Shown in pieces: positions 50,846 to 63,086 of a DNA stretch of 64,000 nt. A program made the position numbers and the translations under genes. Each line of letters starts with the position of its first letter. Position 1 is the first letter of the stretch. The notes below the pieces were generated by a model that was not told where the DNA came from, ran no database searches, and saw only the letters and a list, made by a program, of their open reading frames with translations. Source of the DNA: Aplysia californica (taxonomy: Eukaryota); contig NW_004797483.1 of assembly GCF_000002075.1 (NCBI RefSeq), positions 147,258-211,257 of the forward strand, given 5' to 3'.

Positions 50846-51399
50846 GAGATCCTACAAACGAACCCATTGATAAGTGGAGGTCAATAATCGAGCCTGACCT
50901 GCTTTGAAAAGCTGTTTTTAATTTGCACTGACTGAACTCTTTCTAGCAAACATGACTTAAACCACGAAAGCCCAGTACCTGATAAGCCAAATGAGCACTC
51001 AAGCCTTGTGAATGGTCTTTTGTGTCAAAAACGGCAGACAAATCCAGAAGAGTTAAAAGACAGATGTTTTTTTCTATCAATGAAATCCAATAAATCAGAC
51101 GTTACTTTTAAAAGTGCAGTTTCGGTACTATGTTGAGTTTAATAGGCAGATTGGTAAATTTCCTCAAGACCATTAAAAAAAATGAACTAAAAACTTGACT
51201 CAACAAATTGCATACATGTATTCGAAACTGGTCGATAGTTTTTTTAATTCATTTTCATCAAGCCCTGGTTTTTCAATAAAGGTTTTACATTAGCTTGTTT
51301 GAAAGTATTTGTGTCACGACGAGGTGGAATCAGGCTCTCGTCAATTTTTGGGCATGTAGAGCTCTTGGTGTCATCTTAAAGCTTGTTCACTTGTCTTTA

Positions 51400-53241
51400 C
51401 TTGGATTTACTTGGATCCAGAGCTAGAATCATAGCAGGCGGCACATGTCCATAGCTGCACATCTCTCCTTTCCAGCGTCCACCTCAGGGTCTTCCTGCTA
51501 ATTGTCCCCATGAGGAGCTGGTTTGAGACACGCCTGACCACTCCTCGGAGCAAACTTTTGTTCGTTGTGCCCCGCACACACTTTTCTTTTATTGTGCTGA
51601 GTGTGTGGGAGTCTGACTCCTCTTGGTTGTGAAGGCTCTCCTTGCATCTGGCGACCACCATTGGTGGGTCGAGCATGATTCGGCCATTGGGTGCTGCTTT
51701 GCCGGCAAGTTCATCAGCACGCTCACTTCCGTGCACCCCGGCGTGACCAGGGCAGAACACCCATGTGATTCCTAGGAGGTGGCTATTTGCAATGGAAGCT
51801 CTCCAGTCACTGTAGAGCCACCCACTCCTGATTTTTTCTAGGGTGCTCATCGAGTCTGTGACAAACAGGGCATGTTTATACACTTCCATGCTGATCCATT
51901 CCAGCGCCTCTGTTATTGCCTTGACCTCCATTGCCATGCTCGACGTAGTGCACTCGTAAGCTCCAGACTGTTCTTTAATTATCCTACCGTCAACTCGAGC
52001 ACTGAACGCCCATCCAGATTTCTGACCACGCCTCACTGATCCGTCGGTGAAGACGACAACATCACCCATCACTGAATTTTCCTCTAGGATGGCCACAATT
52101 TCCGCATTAGTTGCACTTGCTGGCCACTCGCGACACACTCGACCTAGCGTAGCTGTCACCTTCATGAAGTTGCTCATGTTTTTCTCCGGCCTCATCCAGT
52201 CACATCCTCTTCTTATGTCCTCGATTTCACAGCACATATCGAGAGTTCGCTCCGCGTGCACCATCCATGAAGATCCTCTTTTCAATCTTTGGCGTACTTG
52301 GTTTCCTATTTTCGGATGTAGAGGGTGACGTTCGTCTGCTGTTACTCGAAGGTAGGCCTTGACTTGTGCTAGCTTGTGTCGGTGGGTTAACGTTGGCAGG
52401 TCCAGCAGATATCTCATCGCTGATGCTGCTGTGTCACGGGTGCATCCAAGAACATTTCTCATTCCTTCATTTTGAATGACTTCGAGACGATGTAGTTGGG
52501 TTTTGGATAGGGTGAGCATACCAAGGCCATAATCCACTACAGACAGTACAACCGCTTGAAGCTTTATCATAAGGGCGCGTTGGGGCATAGATGCAGCCAT
52601 CACTCTCGGTGCAACAAGTCCTTTCCTTGCTCTGGTGATACTGTTTGTCACATGGTCTTTCGCCGAGAGGGTGCGGCCAAAGGTAATGCCCAGGTACTTC
52701 AATTTCTCTTGCCTTTCCAACTGCGTACCTTGTATATTTACAGTAGGCATGATAGTCTTGACTGCTCTGTTGTTGAGACTGGTCCACAGTACCCCTGCCT
52801 TCGCTGGATTAAGTTTTCCATTGTTCTGTTCGCACCATTCACCAATTCGATCTAATTCCTCCTGCATGCTCCTTGCAATCAGCTCCCGATCTCTCCCCTG
52901 CCTATATACCAATACATCATCTGCAAAGCTTAGTGTACGCCCAGGTCCCCCCAATTGATTGGCTGTAAGACCGATGGTGTATATATTGAACAAGACTGGT
53001 GACAGGGCCGATCCCTGGGGCAGTCCTGGGGTTATGGTAATAGGTTCAGAAGCCCAGCTGCCAAGGCGCAAGGAAACCTTTCTTTTTAACAAGGCATTTC
53101 CTACCCAGATCACCAATTCAGAGTCGATTTTCATATTGATCATAGTTCGCATGATCAAGCTAAAGGGCACCCGGTTATAAGCATCTTCTAGATCTATTGC
53201 GGCGACTAGTGTCTCTTTTCCCTCCCCCAAACCGTCCTATA
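51400..53241 (-). mobile_element. 5'-truncated non-LTR retrotransposon with RT and RNase H (I/Ingi group)
   Basis: 607-codon open frame: DLEDAYN, GLPQGSALSPVLF, FADD and YLGI RT motifs, then RNase H FTDGS...E...TDS...PGHAGVHGSERAD. TSD TGTCTTTA at 51392-51399 and 53242-53249; 3' end has short CCAAGTAAA repeats. Confidence 0.92.
51407..53230 (-). CDS. Reverse transcriptase-RNase H polyprotein fragment of the LINE
   Basis: Uninterrupted ORF in the supplied track. It has no true start because the element is 5'-truncated. Confidence 0.8.
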   Translation of the reverse strand: MGEGKETLVAAIDLEDAYNRVPFSLIMRTMINMKIDSELVIWVGNALLKRKVSLRLGSWASEPITITPGLPQGSALSPVLFNIYTIGLTANQLGGPGRTLSFADDVLVYRQGRDRELIARSMQEELDRIGEWCEQNNGKLNPAKAGVLWTSLNNRAVKTIMPTVNIQGTQLERQEKLKYLGITFGRTLSAKDHVTNSITRARKGLVAPRVMAASMPQRALMIKLQAVVLSVVDYGLGMLTLSKTQLHRLEVIQNEGMRNVLGCTRDTAASAMRYLLDLPTLTHRHKLAQVKAYLRVTADERHPLHPKIGNQVRQRLKRGSSWMVHAERTLDMCCEIEDIRRGCDWMRPEKNMSNFMKVTATLGRVCREWPASATNAEIVAILEENSVMGDVVVFTDGSVRRGQKSGWAFSARVDGRIIKEQSGAYECTTSSMAMEVKAITEALEWISMEVYKHALFVTDSMSTLEKIRSGWLYSDWRASIANSHLLGITWVFCPGHAGVHGSERADELAGKAAPNGRIMLDPPMVVARCKESLHNQEESDSHTLSTIKEKCVRGTTNKSLLRGVVRRVSNQLLMGTISRKTLRWTLERRDVQLWTCAACYDSSSGSK

Positions 53242-53597
53242 TGTCTTTATTTAGATGGAAAAAAACTCCGTTTATTTTGAATACAAGTCGGGATATTTAC
53301 GAATGAAGGAGGTGGGGGTCACCCGGTTTCAGAGGTAAAATTAGTGAGAAAATGGCTGCCAACGATTAGTTTTTTCCTTAGCTTAAGAGTCTGTGGTAAC
53401 TGAAAATTTACATTTTGTGCCTTTAATCAACGTTTTTCATTAAAATCCATACAGAAATGAGTTCTTTAAAGGGCATGAAAGGCGTTGAGCCAGAAAACAA
53501 AAATTTGATAAAAATTCACAAACCTGCAGAAAAATGTCAGTTTTTTTGGGGGGGGTTATTTTGACGAGAACCTGATTCCACCACGCTGCCTCACATT

Positions 53598-55200
53598 TGG
53601 TACTGTGCCTGTGGCAAGTGACATGTTCACTATCTGAATAATGTGAGGTAGGACAATATCAATACAGGCTTTGAGTACATGAGCAGGCATGGGGTCAAGG
53701 TCACATGGTTTTATGGTTGACCCATTGATACAATTTAAAATATCAATATCTGTAACTGGACTTAAAGAATTTAATATATTATGTCCAGTAAATTCTGAAA
53801 ATTCTAAATTTTCACTTGGCTCTAGGTCGAGTGAACAGCGTAAAAACCATACTATGGTATTAATTTTGTCATTGAAAAAAGTCGCAAATAAACTAGATCT
53901 ACAAAGTTCGTCATCTGATGTTGCAAAGGGGAGAGGAGATATTGTTTCTTTTCTCAGAATAGCATTGGTAGTCTGAACAAGTTGTTTGGAAGATTTCACA
54001 TCTTTAATTCATGCAGGCCTAGATACAGTAGTAACTTTTCTTGTTATTTTCGATGACTGAGTTGACTTTGTCTCGGTGGTTAAAGAAGATGTCTCTGTGA
54101 ACTTGGAGTTTTGATTTCCTCCACCTGCGTTCTGCCTGACGTCGATGTTGCTTGGCTTCTTTGATTTCAAGTGAAAACCACAGAGAAAAGGGTCTCGATG
54201 AAATGTTTCTTTTTACCTTTGGCGCTTGTTGGTCGATTTCCGCTTTCAAAGTGTCTAGAAATGTGTCTGCATTTAGGGATGATAGACTTGTCAGTGATTT
54301 GCTCACGTCGTTCGGAAGTGCCTTTGTGTCTATTGTTCTCGTGTTCCTTGAAAGTATGCTTCTTCTTTCATGTTTTGGTTTGCAGATGTTTATGTCAGCT
54401 ATCAGAAGAGAATGGTCGAAGATAGCTTTATCTAAAACACGTGGGTCAGCAGTGTTGGTAATAAGCAGGTCTAAAATGTGACCGCTACGCTGTGTCGGCT
54501 CATTGAATAGCTGCTTTAGATTATGATCGTCAAGAATTGAAACAAGGCGTTTGGTTATTGATATTGTCCCTACCTCACATTATTCAGATAGTGAACATGT
54601 CACTTGCCACAGGCACAGTACCAAATGTGAGGCAGCGTGGTGGAATCAGGTTCTCGTCAAAATAACCCCCCCCCCCAAAAAAAAAACTGACATTTTTCTG
54701 CAGGTTTGTGAATTTTTATCAAGTTAAGTACAGATGGAACATCAAAGTGAAAGATGAAATCCCCTATGATGTAAAAAGGGGAGACGGCTTGCTCTAGTTG
54801 AAAGAGTAGATCTTGGAATTCCAGGAAGAATTCTTTGTTTGTTAATTTATTTTTCTTGTTAGGCGGTGGTCGATAAATACAGATCACCCGGAAGGTAAAT
54901 TGCTCTGATCTGATGAAAGCAGTGGCTGATTCAAATGTGCGATACGATGGATTATCGCCGATGAACTTTAATTAATGGTAGACCTCGCCGATGAATAAAA
55001 GCAATTCCGCCACCACGTGAGCTGCGTGAAAAAGATTTAAGTTGATTGTCGGCTATGATAGATTCGTCGCCATCTGTTCGAAGCCAAGTTTCTGTGATTC
55101 ACAACAGGTCGACGTTCATTTCTTCAATAAGATCTACGTTTCTTACAAATGTTTGTTTTGTTGCAGCACGACTGCGTGTTAATACAGCCAATTCTTAAGT
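53598..55200 (-). mobile_element. L2/CR1 LINE 5' part (APE endonuclease to start of RT), decayed
   Basis: ITETWL, IYRPP, GDF.FHFD, GHILDLLI and DH APE motifs; RQAERRWRKS; PCDLDPMP..LK...LPHIIQIVNMSLATGTVP at the RT start; frameshifted. Confidence 0.85.
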
Positions 55201-55849
55201 TGGGACAGTTATGTTGAAACACATTACGAGTGTCTATCTGTATTAAGGTTTTCTTGTTCACAGTTCTATTCTAAGAAATAGTGTCACGGGGAATCCCCAG
55301 ACACACCATGATTTTTCTGTTTCCTTGTCCCACCTCTTACACCCCTCTTGTCTCTCTTTACTACCTTTGATTGACAAACACAGCTGTTTCCAACTCCTAA
55401 CTGGGTCAACAAAGTAGTTAGCACATTTGATGGTACACTCAGACTTGGATTGTTTACGTTTAACAGCTGATCTTTTGTGTACGTAGTCGTTTCCCCTGTT
55501 TGGTTCAGTGCACATGGGTATCTGGCACACTGACTTACATTGTTGGGGTGATCATGTGTCCCTGTTGTTTGACACAGTTCTGAAGCTCGTGGTGTCTGAC
55601 TAGACCCACGCAGTGCCCAGCTCGATATTTAAAAAATAATCTTNNNNNNNNNNNNNNNNNNNNNNNNNNNNNNNNNNNNNNNNNNNNNNNNNNNNNNNNN
55701 NNNNNNNNNNNNNNNNNNNNNNNNNNNNNNNNNNNNNNNNNNNNNNNNNNNNNNNNNNNNNNNNNNNNNNNNNNNNNNNNNNNNNNNNNNNNNNNNNNNN
55801 NNNNNNNNNNNNNNNNNNNNNNNNNNNNNNNNNNNNNNNNNGCTTACAA

Positions 55850-56428
55850 CGGTACTGTTAAGAGGGAGCCGTGGACCATAGACCTGATGTTCGTCCTTTG
55901 CTGGCGAAGATGACCTTGACTTCACATTACTGGAAGGGTGAGGTGTGTGCAGAGATGGCTGATCAGGTCGATCTTCGCACGGAAATCTCTGTTGCAGTCG
56001 GGGCAAGGGATGTTTGGGGCTGAACTAGGCTGGAAGGTAAGGGTATCTCGGTATTTCCTCAGCTGCCGTCTCCATTCTTTCTTTCTGACGTGTCTTTCTT
56101 CGACTCCCGATCTCAGTAAGGAGCGCCAAACTGTGCGATCGCGAGCAGCTTCTTCCCAGGTGGTATGGGGAATGTCACAACTATTCAGGGATGTTTTCAG
56201 AGCATCTTTGAAGCGTTTTTTTTCTGTCCGCCGAGTGAACATTTGCCTAGGGTTAGTTCACCGTAGAGTAACCTCTTTGGGAGGCGAGAGTTGTCCCTGC
56301 GGTGAACGTGGCCGGCCCACCGGAGCTGAGAGCGCAGTAGGATAGCATGCTCTCCATCTTTGCCCGCTGTAGTACCTCAGTGTCTGGGACTCTGTCTTGC
56401 CACTTGATACGAAGTATGGTCCTGAGCT
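55850..56428 (-). mobile_element. RTE-clade LINE 3' fragment
   Basis: LRTILRIKWQDRVPDTEVL, KKRFKDALKTSL...WEEAARDRTVWR and a terminal CPDC..F.AKIDLISH..TH zinc finger. Confidence 0.85.
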
Positions 56429-57026
56429 AGACGGTCAGAGAACAGGCCGCCTTATCGGAAGTAAGTCACGAGGAGATAGAGGCCCAGCGCAGACAAAGTG
56501 TAGTGCAGGAGTGAGAGGGTGTGAGAGCATCACGCAGTGTGCTTGATTAAACAAGTGTCCAAAATAACGGCAGTAACGGTATATTATTATTTTTTTTACG
56601 CGACTATTATTTTCAAAGGGGAATCGAAAATAAATGTTTTACGCTTTAACTGAAATAAAAAGCAAACTTAAATCTTAGAAAGAGAAAGTAGCAGAGATGA
56701 ATGTATAGAGGCAGGTGATAGTACAAAGGAAAGCATTCATTGTAGTAACTACGTTGCTATCTTTGTAAGGGTATCTGGCAAACATAAAGAACAATATTTA
56801 AAATGTTGGTCAAGTAAGGCTTTACAATCTTAGCAAGCACATGCCACAAACATAAAAAATTTGGAAACAGGTAGTATATTAGTAGGCAATTAGAAAACAA
56901 CAAACATTTCACTTGAAACATACATTGTTGGTCGAAGCAAACAAAAAATGTACACTGTCATAGGTGTTCCTACCTTGGGTTCTATGCTTGTTGGCTTCAG
57001 TGACACGTGGAAAAACGGCACTGCTG

Positions 57027-59557
57027 TCAAAAAGATACCAGTTTTGCCACTTTTCTTCGTTGCTGTCGCTGCATCTCTGCATTCTCCTGACAGCAAAACT
57101 GTTTCAACAGTATGTTGCCTATGCGGTGCAAGGAGGTGACACACGGATTAACATCCAGGTGATATAGTCCAGGGAAGTCGTCAAATATACTGACGAGCCT
57201 CGAGCGACATCTAGCTTCTGTCGACAGTGTGAAAAAAATATACGCATAAATCAGAAGCTGAAAGAGTCCCTCAGATGGGAAGGTAAGCCCACCACGATCC
57301 CGCTTCTCTGTGTAACTCCTGATCTCTTCTGCTGTCCAAGTTTTGCTGCCGCTCAACTCAGGGTGTTTGACAGTGATATACCCTCCTATGTAGAGTAGTG
57401 CTATCTTTTCATCGCTTGATACACTGCTGACAGCATCAGGAATGTCGTCTAGTAATAAAATCTCACTCTCGGTGAGGCTCTTGTCACAGTGAGAACAGAC
57501 GTGTCGGGCCTTTATAAAATCAATTTCTGGTTCATTTGCCAACATGAGCTTGGTGCGGTCAATGGCATGTGTATGTGCGATATCCTCCACAGTGATGTAA
57601 TAGTTGGCACCTGCTGACGTGCGGAAATGCGCGAAGTGCTTTTCGATGTCGTCTTGCTGGAAAAATCCTATTGCAACCCACTGGTGACTGACATCCAAGT
57701 TTGTTGACAAAAGGTAAAGACATACATCGATAAGACAGTTGCACATAAAGTGTTAGGCTTCTGCCGTATCCCTCGTTAGATTTTTCACGCGTGGGGTCGA
57801 CTAAGCCTTCATTTGAAGGGCTCGTTCTGCCTACAGTCTCAAAATTTTCATTTGAGGACTATCTTCACAAGTCACTACAGCTCGGTTTGGATCTCGGAGT
57901 CTCACTCTCTGGATTGGTGATTTAGTGTTAAACACTTTCCAGAGCTGCAAAACTTCATCGATAAATGAGACTGTGTTTTTCCATGATAGGGTCGAAGCTG
58001 TTGATGATTTGAGAGCAGCTGCAGTGCCGTCCGAGAAAACATCAAGCACAAGGGATACTTTTTGTTTTTCGATGCTTCTCGGGCTAAGAGAAGCTCTTGT
58101 CAAGTCTGACAGCTTGACAAGTGTGTTGGTTTCATGACTATGTAAATTGCAAAGATCTGACCACCTAGCTGGTATTTCCAAATCAGAACTTTGAGGAGAA
58201 AACTGCTGTGTCTGAATTTTCTCAGTTACCCAGTTATTTCGGATATTTTAAAGCAAATGCACATTGTCACACAACAGAAAAAGGGGCCTTGAAGCATCTG
58301 AGGGACACGGCGCAATCCGAGGTGTTAGAGGATTTTCTTGGGGAACATTGAAAAAAACCCCGATTGGTTCACCCTATTATTGTCATTAACAATACTCAAG
58401 ACGTTTGCTCCACAGGCTTCAATACTTCTTATCACTTCATTCACGTGAGTGTATTGAAACAGGGCGGTGAGTGCATGGCAAGGAAGAAGTTTCGCAACAA
58501 AAGTCTAAGCACCAAAAAAGCACTTGACCATGATGCACAGGATGGTGTAGGCTTTTTTGTCTGGCGCATCCACTGCATAGCCAAATACAGCCCCACCGCG
58601 GTATGAAAGAGATGCTTTCACGTACACTTCATCCGCAATGAATATACAATATCTCTCTCTTCCAGGTTGGTAAAATGTGAAGTAAATAGCGTTGTATCAG
58701 ACGTATTCTTTGCAATGCTGGTGACTGTCTGCAATGTCGAGACTGACGGTAACTGCAATGAACCTCTGAACTCCTGGTAGAGACAGTGTGACCTTGCACA
58801 CCTCGAAAATGCAAGGATCAAATCTGCAACACTATACAGTCGCCCATTTCTTGGAGAGTTCAAAAGAACAATTTGTCTCATCAAAAATTCAAATTTCCTG
58901 TCACATTTTTCCTCTGACCTTACAAAACGAAGCAATTCTATGAGTTGACTCTACTGACTTATTGATTTCAGGAAAGGGTGGAAGACTCTTTGGAGTGATC
59001 TGTATGATTCAAAAGAGATGGAAACGCCAGTAGAGGAACTAATAACTTGAAAATAGACTGAAATTTGTTTAATAGCACCAACTCTTTCTTTACTAAAGAA
59101 AGCATACTGTGACAGTTCCTTATCGGATGCAACTATTCCATGTTTCCGCAGTATCGATCTGAACTGATCGTCAAAAGTATCGGCTTTGAACAGATATATT
59201 TCGTTAAAGGCATTTATTTCTTCAATGTCCATAGCACGAGATTCAGATGTGGCCTTCGTAGTTGGCCGGGGCTCACTTTGGGATACACTGAGCACACACG
59301 ATTTTGGCACTTGGAAAATTGTAGGAGGTACTGCTAGACGAGGGCCTCTTCCAGTTGTATGTTCCATTTGTACATTTTCAGGCACAGACACCCATAAAAT
59401 CAGCGACATCCTCTAACTTAAATTTATTAGGCAAACTCGCCACCCATGCCTTACGTTTCTCATTGTCTTTAGGAAATTTGTAGACTGCCACCTTCTGATC
59501 ACCAGGCTGATCTCTATATCCAGATCTACAATTGTACACAGAACATTTAGTCCCCAT
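57027..59557 (-). pseudogene. Decayed THAP-domain P-element-superfamily (THAP9-like) transposase
   Basis: ATG at 59557 begins MGTKCSVYNC...FPKD..RKAW (THAP) with an AVPPTIF box. LPSVSTL, ADEVYVK, NDN, CDNVHLL (DxxH), EKQKVSL and QDDIEKHF..FRTSAGANY follow across frameshifts and stops. Confidence 0.88.
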
Positions 59558-62500
59558 GTTTACCAGTAAAGTTAAGTTTGAATTATTTTCATTCTATGCA
59601 CTCGAAATCTTCAAACTTTTCAAAATCCTTCCACCTTCACAGCAGAATTCGTACTATGTAAGAGAAAGTATATCTGCGTGAAACAACAGAAAATGCTACA
59701 ATAAGTCATGAATAAAACAACAGGATCAAGTAAGAGCATCAAATGTTGTAATTGACCGTTATCCCCACTTTTCAATGAAACTCTAAATAGGTAGCGTAGC
59801 AGCGTAGCTTGTCTATTTGGCTCCTCGGACTCCTCGCCATCTTCAGAAAACAAACGGTGCTAGGCTAGGCTAGTTCCAGCAGCTACTCAATCCCAAAATG
59901 AAAGAAAGCACCACAAATATTGCTTAGATAAAAAAAGAAGTGCAAGATAACAATCATCGACAGAATAATGTACAAGTACTCCAAGTTATATACGGGTGAA
60001 AATAATCCACAAAAACGAAGCAGATGTTCAGAAAACAATGCCCAACAAAAACTGTTGAAGGTGGCAACAACACAACACGCAAAACGTACTTCGCGCCGTG
60101 TAAGGCAAATGGGTAGTCTCTTTGGTTACTTCTTAATTAAAGGGCGTCGATACAAGACACTAAAACTACAGACAAACAAGAGGTGTCTCCGTGAGCGGTA
60201 ATGCATGGCATGATAGTATAAGAACGTACAGGTCCTGAGCTATACGTTCTTATAGTACTGGAGTACAAGTACTTGTTAAAAAAGTACTTTGGAGGACATT
60301 TTGAGTACTCTTTGCTAATATGCTGAAACACTTCAGTGCTAATGCAAAACATCATATTGAATAACATATCCAGTATATTTGACAAATTAGGCCATTTATT
60401 ACTAAAAATGTCAACAGTATACAAAGCATTTGAATTATTATACGCACTGAACGTAGGTGGAAATGGTCCGTGAAATTACCCCCCCCCCACCCCCCCCCCA
60501 AACAAACAGACGCAACCAGTGAGTAAGTGATATTATGAATAAAACGTGTTTGAGCAAGACAATATGATCAAATGTAAGTCAGTCCAAGAGGTCGGAAAGT
60601 TCTACAGGAAAAGTATCCAAATCGGAAAATGTAGAGACAAAATTGCCCTTAAGAAAACATAAAATTGATGAAAATGACCAGCAAAGAAATGGAAAAGTGC
60701 ATTGAATTCTTCATTAACAAATCCTCAAGGAATCAATGTAGCCTTAAGCAAAAAAGCACCCAAAAAAAGTTTAAAAAATTTAGGTAGCCTAAAAAATTGT
60801 TAGATATACATTGAGAACTCAGTTTCAGTTTCAATTGATTATAATAATGGTAAGACAGATTTCGGTCACACTGTGTAGTCCACGGCGCCCATGGAAAACC
60901 ATAATACATGTACATGTAGTTTCCTAGAGTCTAGTAGGTGTAGTGTAACCAAAGATTCTCTACTACAGTAGTCTCCGTCTAAGATCCCAGTGCTCGGGAG
61001 CAAGGGAAAATACGGGATCTTAGCCGACGAAGCCAAGGAAGAATGTACAGTGATCTATGAACTGACGTGATCTCTGGGTGGGTTTATGACATATGGCGAG
61101 CAAAGAGCGGTCAACCTTGATGACCAATCACAGTGGCATGAGGCATGCCCGCATGCCATACGCTCATTAGCCTGTCGTGAGTCTCGAGATCTTTATCTAC
61201 GTTTATCAAGTTGCCCCTCCCCTTTTGTAGCCTTCCATCTCTGATTGAGTTCCCCCGCCTTTGTCGTTACGTACCATTACAAAGTTCACAGTTCGATGTG
61301 ATCCCGCCTGGAGCGAACTTGTAGGCCCTACCCACCCAGCGAGTGATGTAAGTTTAGGTGGCGAGCTCAGAATGATGCGAGTGCAATGTTTGGGGAAAAG
61401 AAACGCATCGGTCAGTTCACACCTCGGTGTGATCCCGTCTGGGGCAAACATTGTACCGTTTCATGGAGTTTTACAACGCTTGTGTGATCACATTCACAAG
61501 AGTGGCTGATCTTTGACGCGACGGGCCGTTCTTTGATCTCAACTTTTAACTCTTGGTTGATTGGCTGTGCCCACCCGGGTGTTTGTTCCGTAAATTATGA
61601 TCGGAAATGCCGACACTTACTCTTTTATCAAGCTTCAAAAGTATTCAAAATGTACTTTAGAAATACTCAACGGGATGGGTGGGAATCATAGTCTAGTTCG
61701 CTATGGTGGGAATTGTAGGGTGGGATAAGTTGGGGGGGGGGGGGTGGTGGACTAGGCGATCAGTCCTACTTCATGATTGGCCAAACACAGTCATGACCAG
61801 CGGTCAACAGCAGAGACGTAGGCTTATGTCGCCGCGGCAACTCTCCGTCTCACAGTATGTTGCAACAAGAATTTTGTGCCCACACCACTAATTGACTTGT
61901 CCCATGCAAGTGTGGGGACGTGGGGCATGATTCTTGATTGAATCAAAGATCCTTCCTGGACACTTGATGGACACATAGAAGAGGAGGGGTGGGGGTGGGG
62001 GGTGACCTTTGGATACATGTCTTATATCAGTAGGCTACATTTTTAATGAAAAGTTTTGTCCTGTATTAACATGCCATGTTTTAAAATGAAGAATACAAAA
62101 TACATGCAATGTAAGTGCCCACGGAAGCTCTCGGTCTTTTAGTTGTTTTTATTTTAGTATTTATTTTTATGTTGCTGTCTTTGTCTCATCAGTATCAANN
62201 NNNNNNNNNNNNNNNNNNNNNNNNNNNNNNNNNNNNNNNNNNNNNNNNNNNNNNNNNNNNNNNNNNNNNNNNNNNNNNNNNNNNNNNNNNNNNNNNNNNN
62301 NNNNNNNNNNNNNNNNNNNNNNNNNNNNNNNNNNNNNNTTTGGTACTGGGTACAAAAACAAGCCAGCATGCCAGTACAAATGGTAGCCTGGGTGGGGTTC
62401 AAAGCATGTACGGTACTAGCGTACGCTAAAACTCCTGGCAATGTCTTCATAAAAGCACATAGAAAAGCATTTTGATAGGGCAGACGACTCAAACTCAAAT

Positions 62501-62717
62501 TATTACCCGAGGTCCCCTGGAGATGGAGTTTGGGTGAGCCTGGGCAGCTTCTATTAAGTACCCCCCCCCCCCCCCCCCCCTACAAAAATTAGGGTTTTTT
62601 GATTTCTTTAAAAAAATACTCTCTAGATCTAGATTCTATCTTGTCTTATAAAATTCAGAGTATAAACGGTTCGCCGGAACGTTATAAGCTTCTCTAACCT
62701 ACTCCTTGATGATAGAT

Positions 62718-63051
62718 GTGGCGTCGGTGGCCTAGTGGTTAGGCTCTCGGACTCGCAACCGTAAGGTCGTGGGTTCGAATCCCGTCAAGGGCCCGACGCT
62801 GTGTCCTTGGGAAAGGCACTTTACACGAATTTTCCTCACTTCACCCAGGTGAGAATGGGTACCCGGCTATAGACAGCGAAAGATCTTGTCAGTTTGTTAG
62901 TGTTTGAGCGCTTAATCGGCTGCTCGCACTGTATGCTTCCCGGGAAGCTGGGAATGTTTCGGAGTGTTCTATGGTCTGCTGGGGTAATAATATAGTGTAA
63001 AGCGCATAGAGCCTGCTGCTGAGCGGGGATATGCGCTATACAAATGCTATC

Positions 63052-63086
<35 letters not shown>
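62718..63086 (+). mobile_element. tRNA-derived SINE family A, full length, with an L2-type tail
   Basis: A box TGGCCTAGTGG, B box GGTTCGAATCC, CORE-like tgtgtccttgggaaaggcactt, tail tgtaaagcgc...gcgctatacaaatgc(TAT)n; possible TSD TAGAT. Confidence 0.88.

Larger units (their letters stand above)
51310..53597 (-). mobile_element. MITE family A, copy 3, split by a LINE insertion
   Basis: Ends tgtgtcacgacgaggtggaatcaggctctcgtcaa and ttgacgagaacctgattccaccacgctgcctcaca. The sequences either side of the LINE rejoin into the family A consensus seen at 21877-22311. Confidence 0.8.

Noticed and set aside
56418-60242. 12-bp direct repeat GGTCCTGAGCTA (56418-56429 and 60231-60242) as TSD of the P-like element
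   Set aside because: P elements make 8-bp TSDs, no TIRs lie inside the repeats, the RTE sequence does not resume on the right, and the right copy sits in the loop of an unrelated small hairpin. Treated as probable coincidence.
62718-62790. tRNA gene
   Set aside because: A and B boxes are present, but the sequence continues into a SINE body and (TAT)n tail with no proper acceptor stem or T-run terminator.
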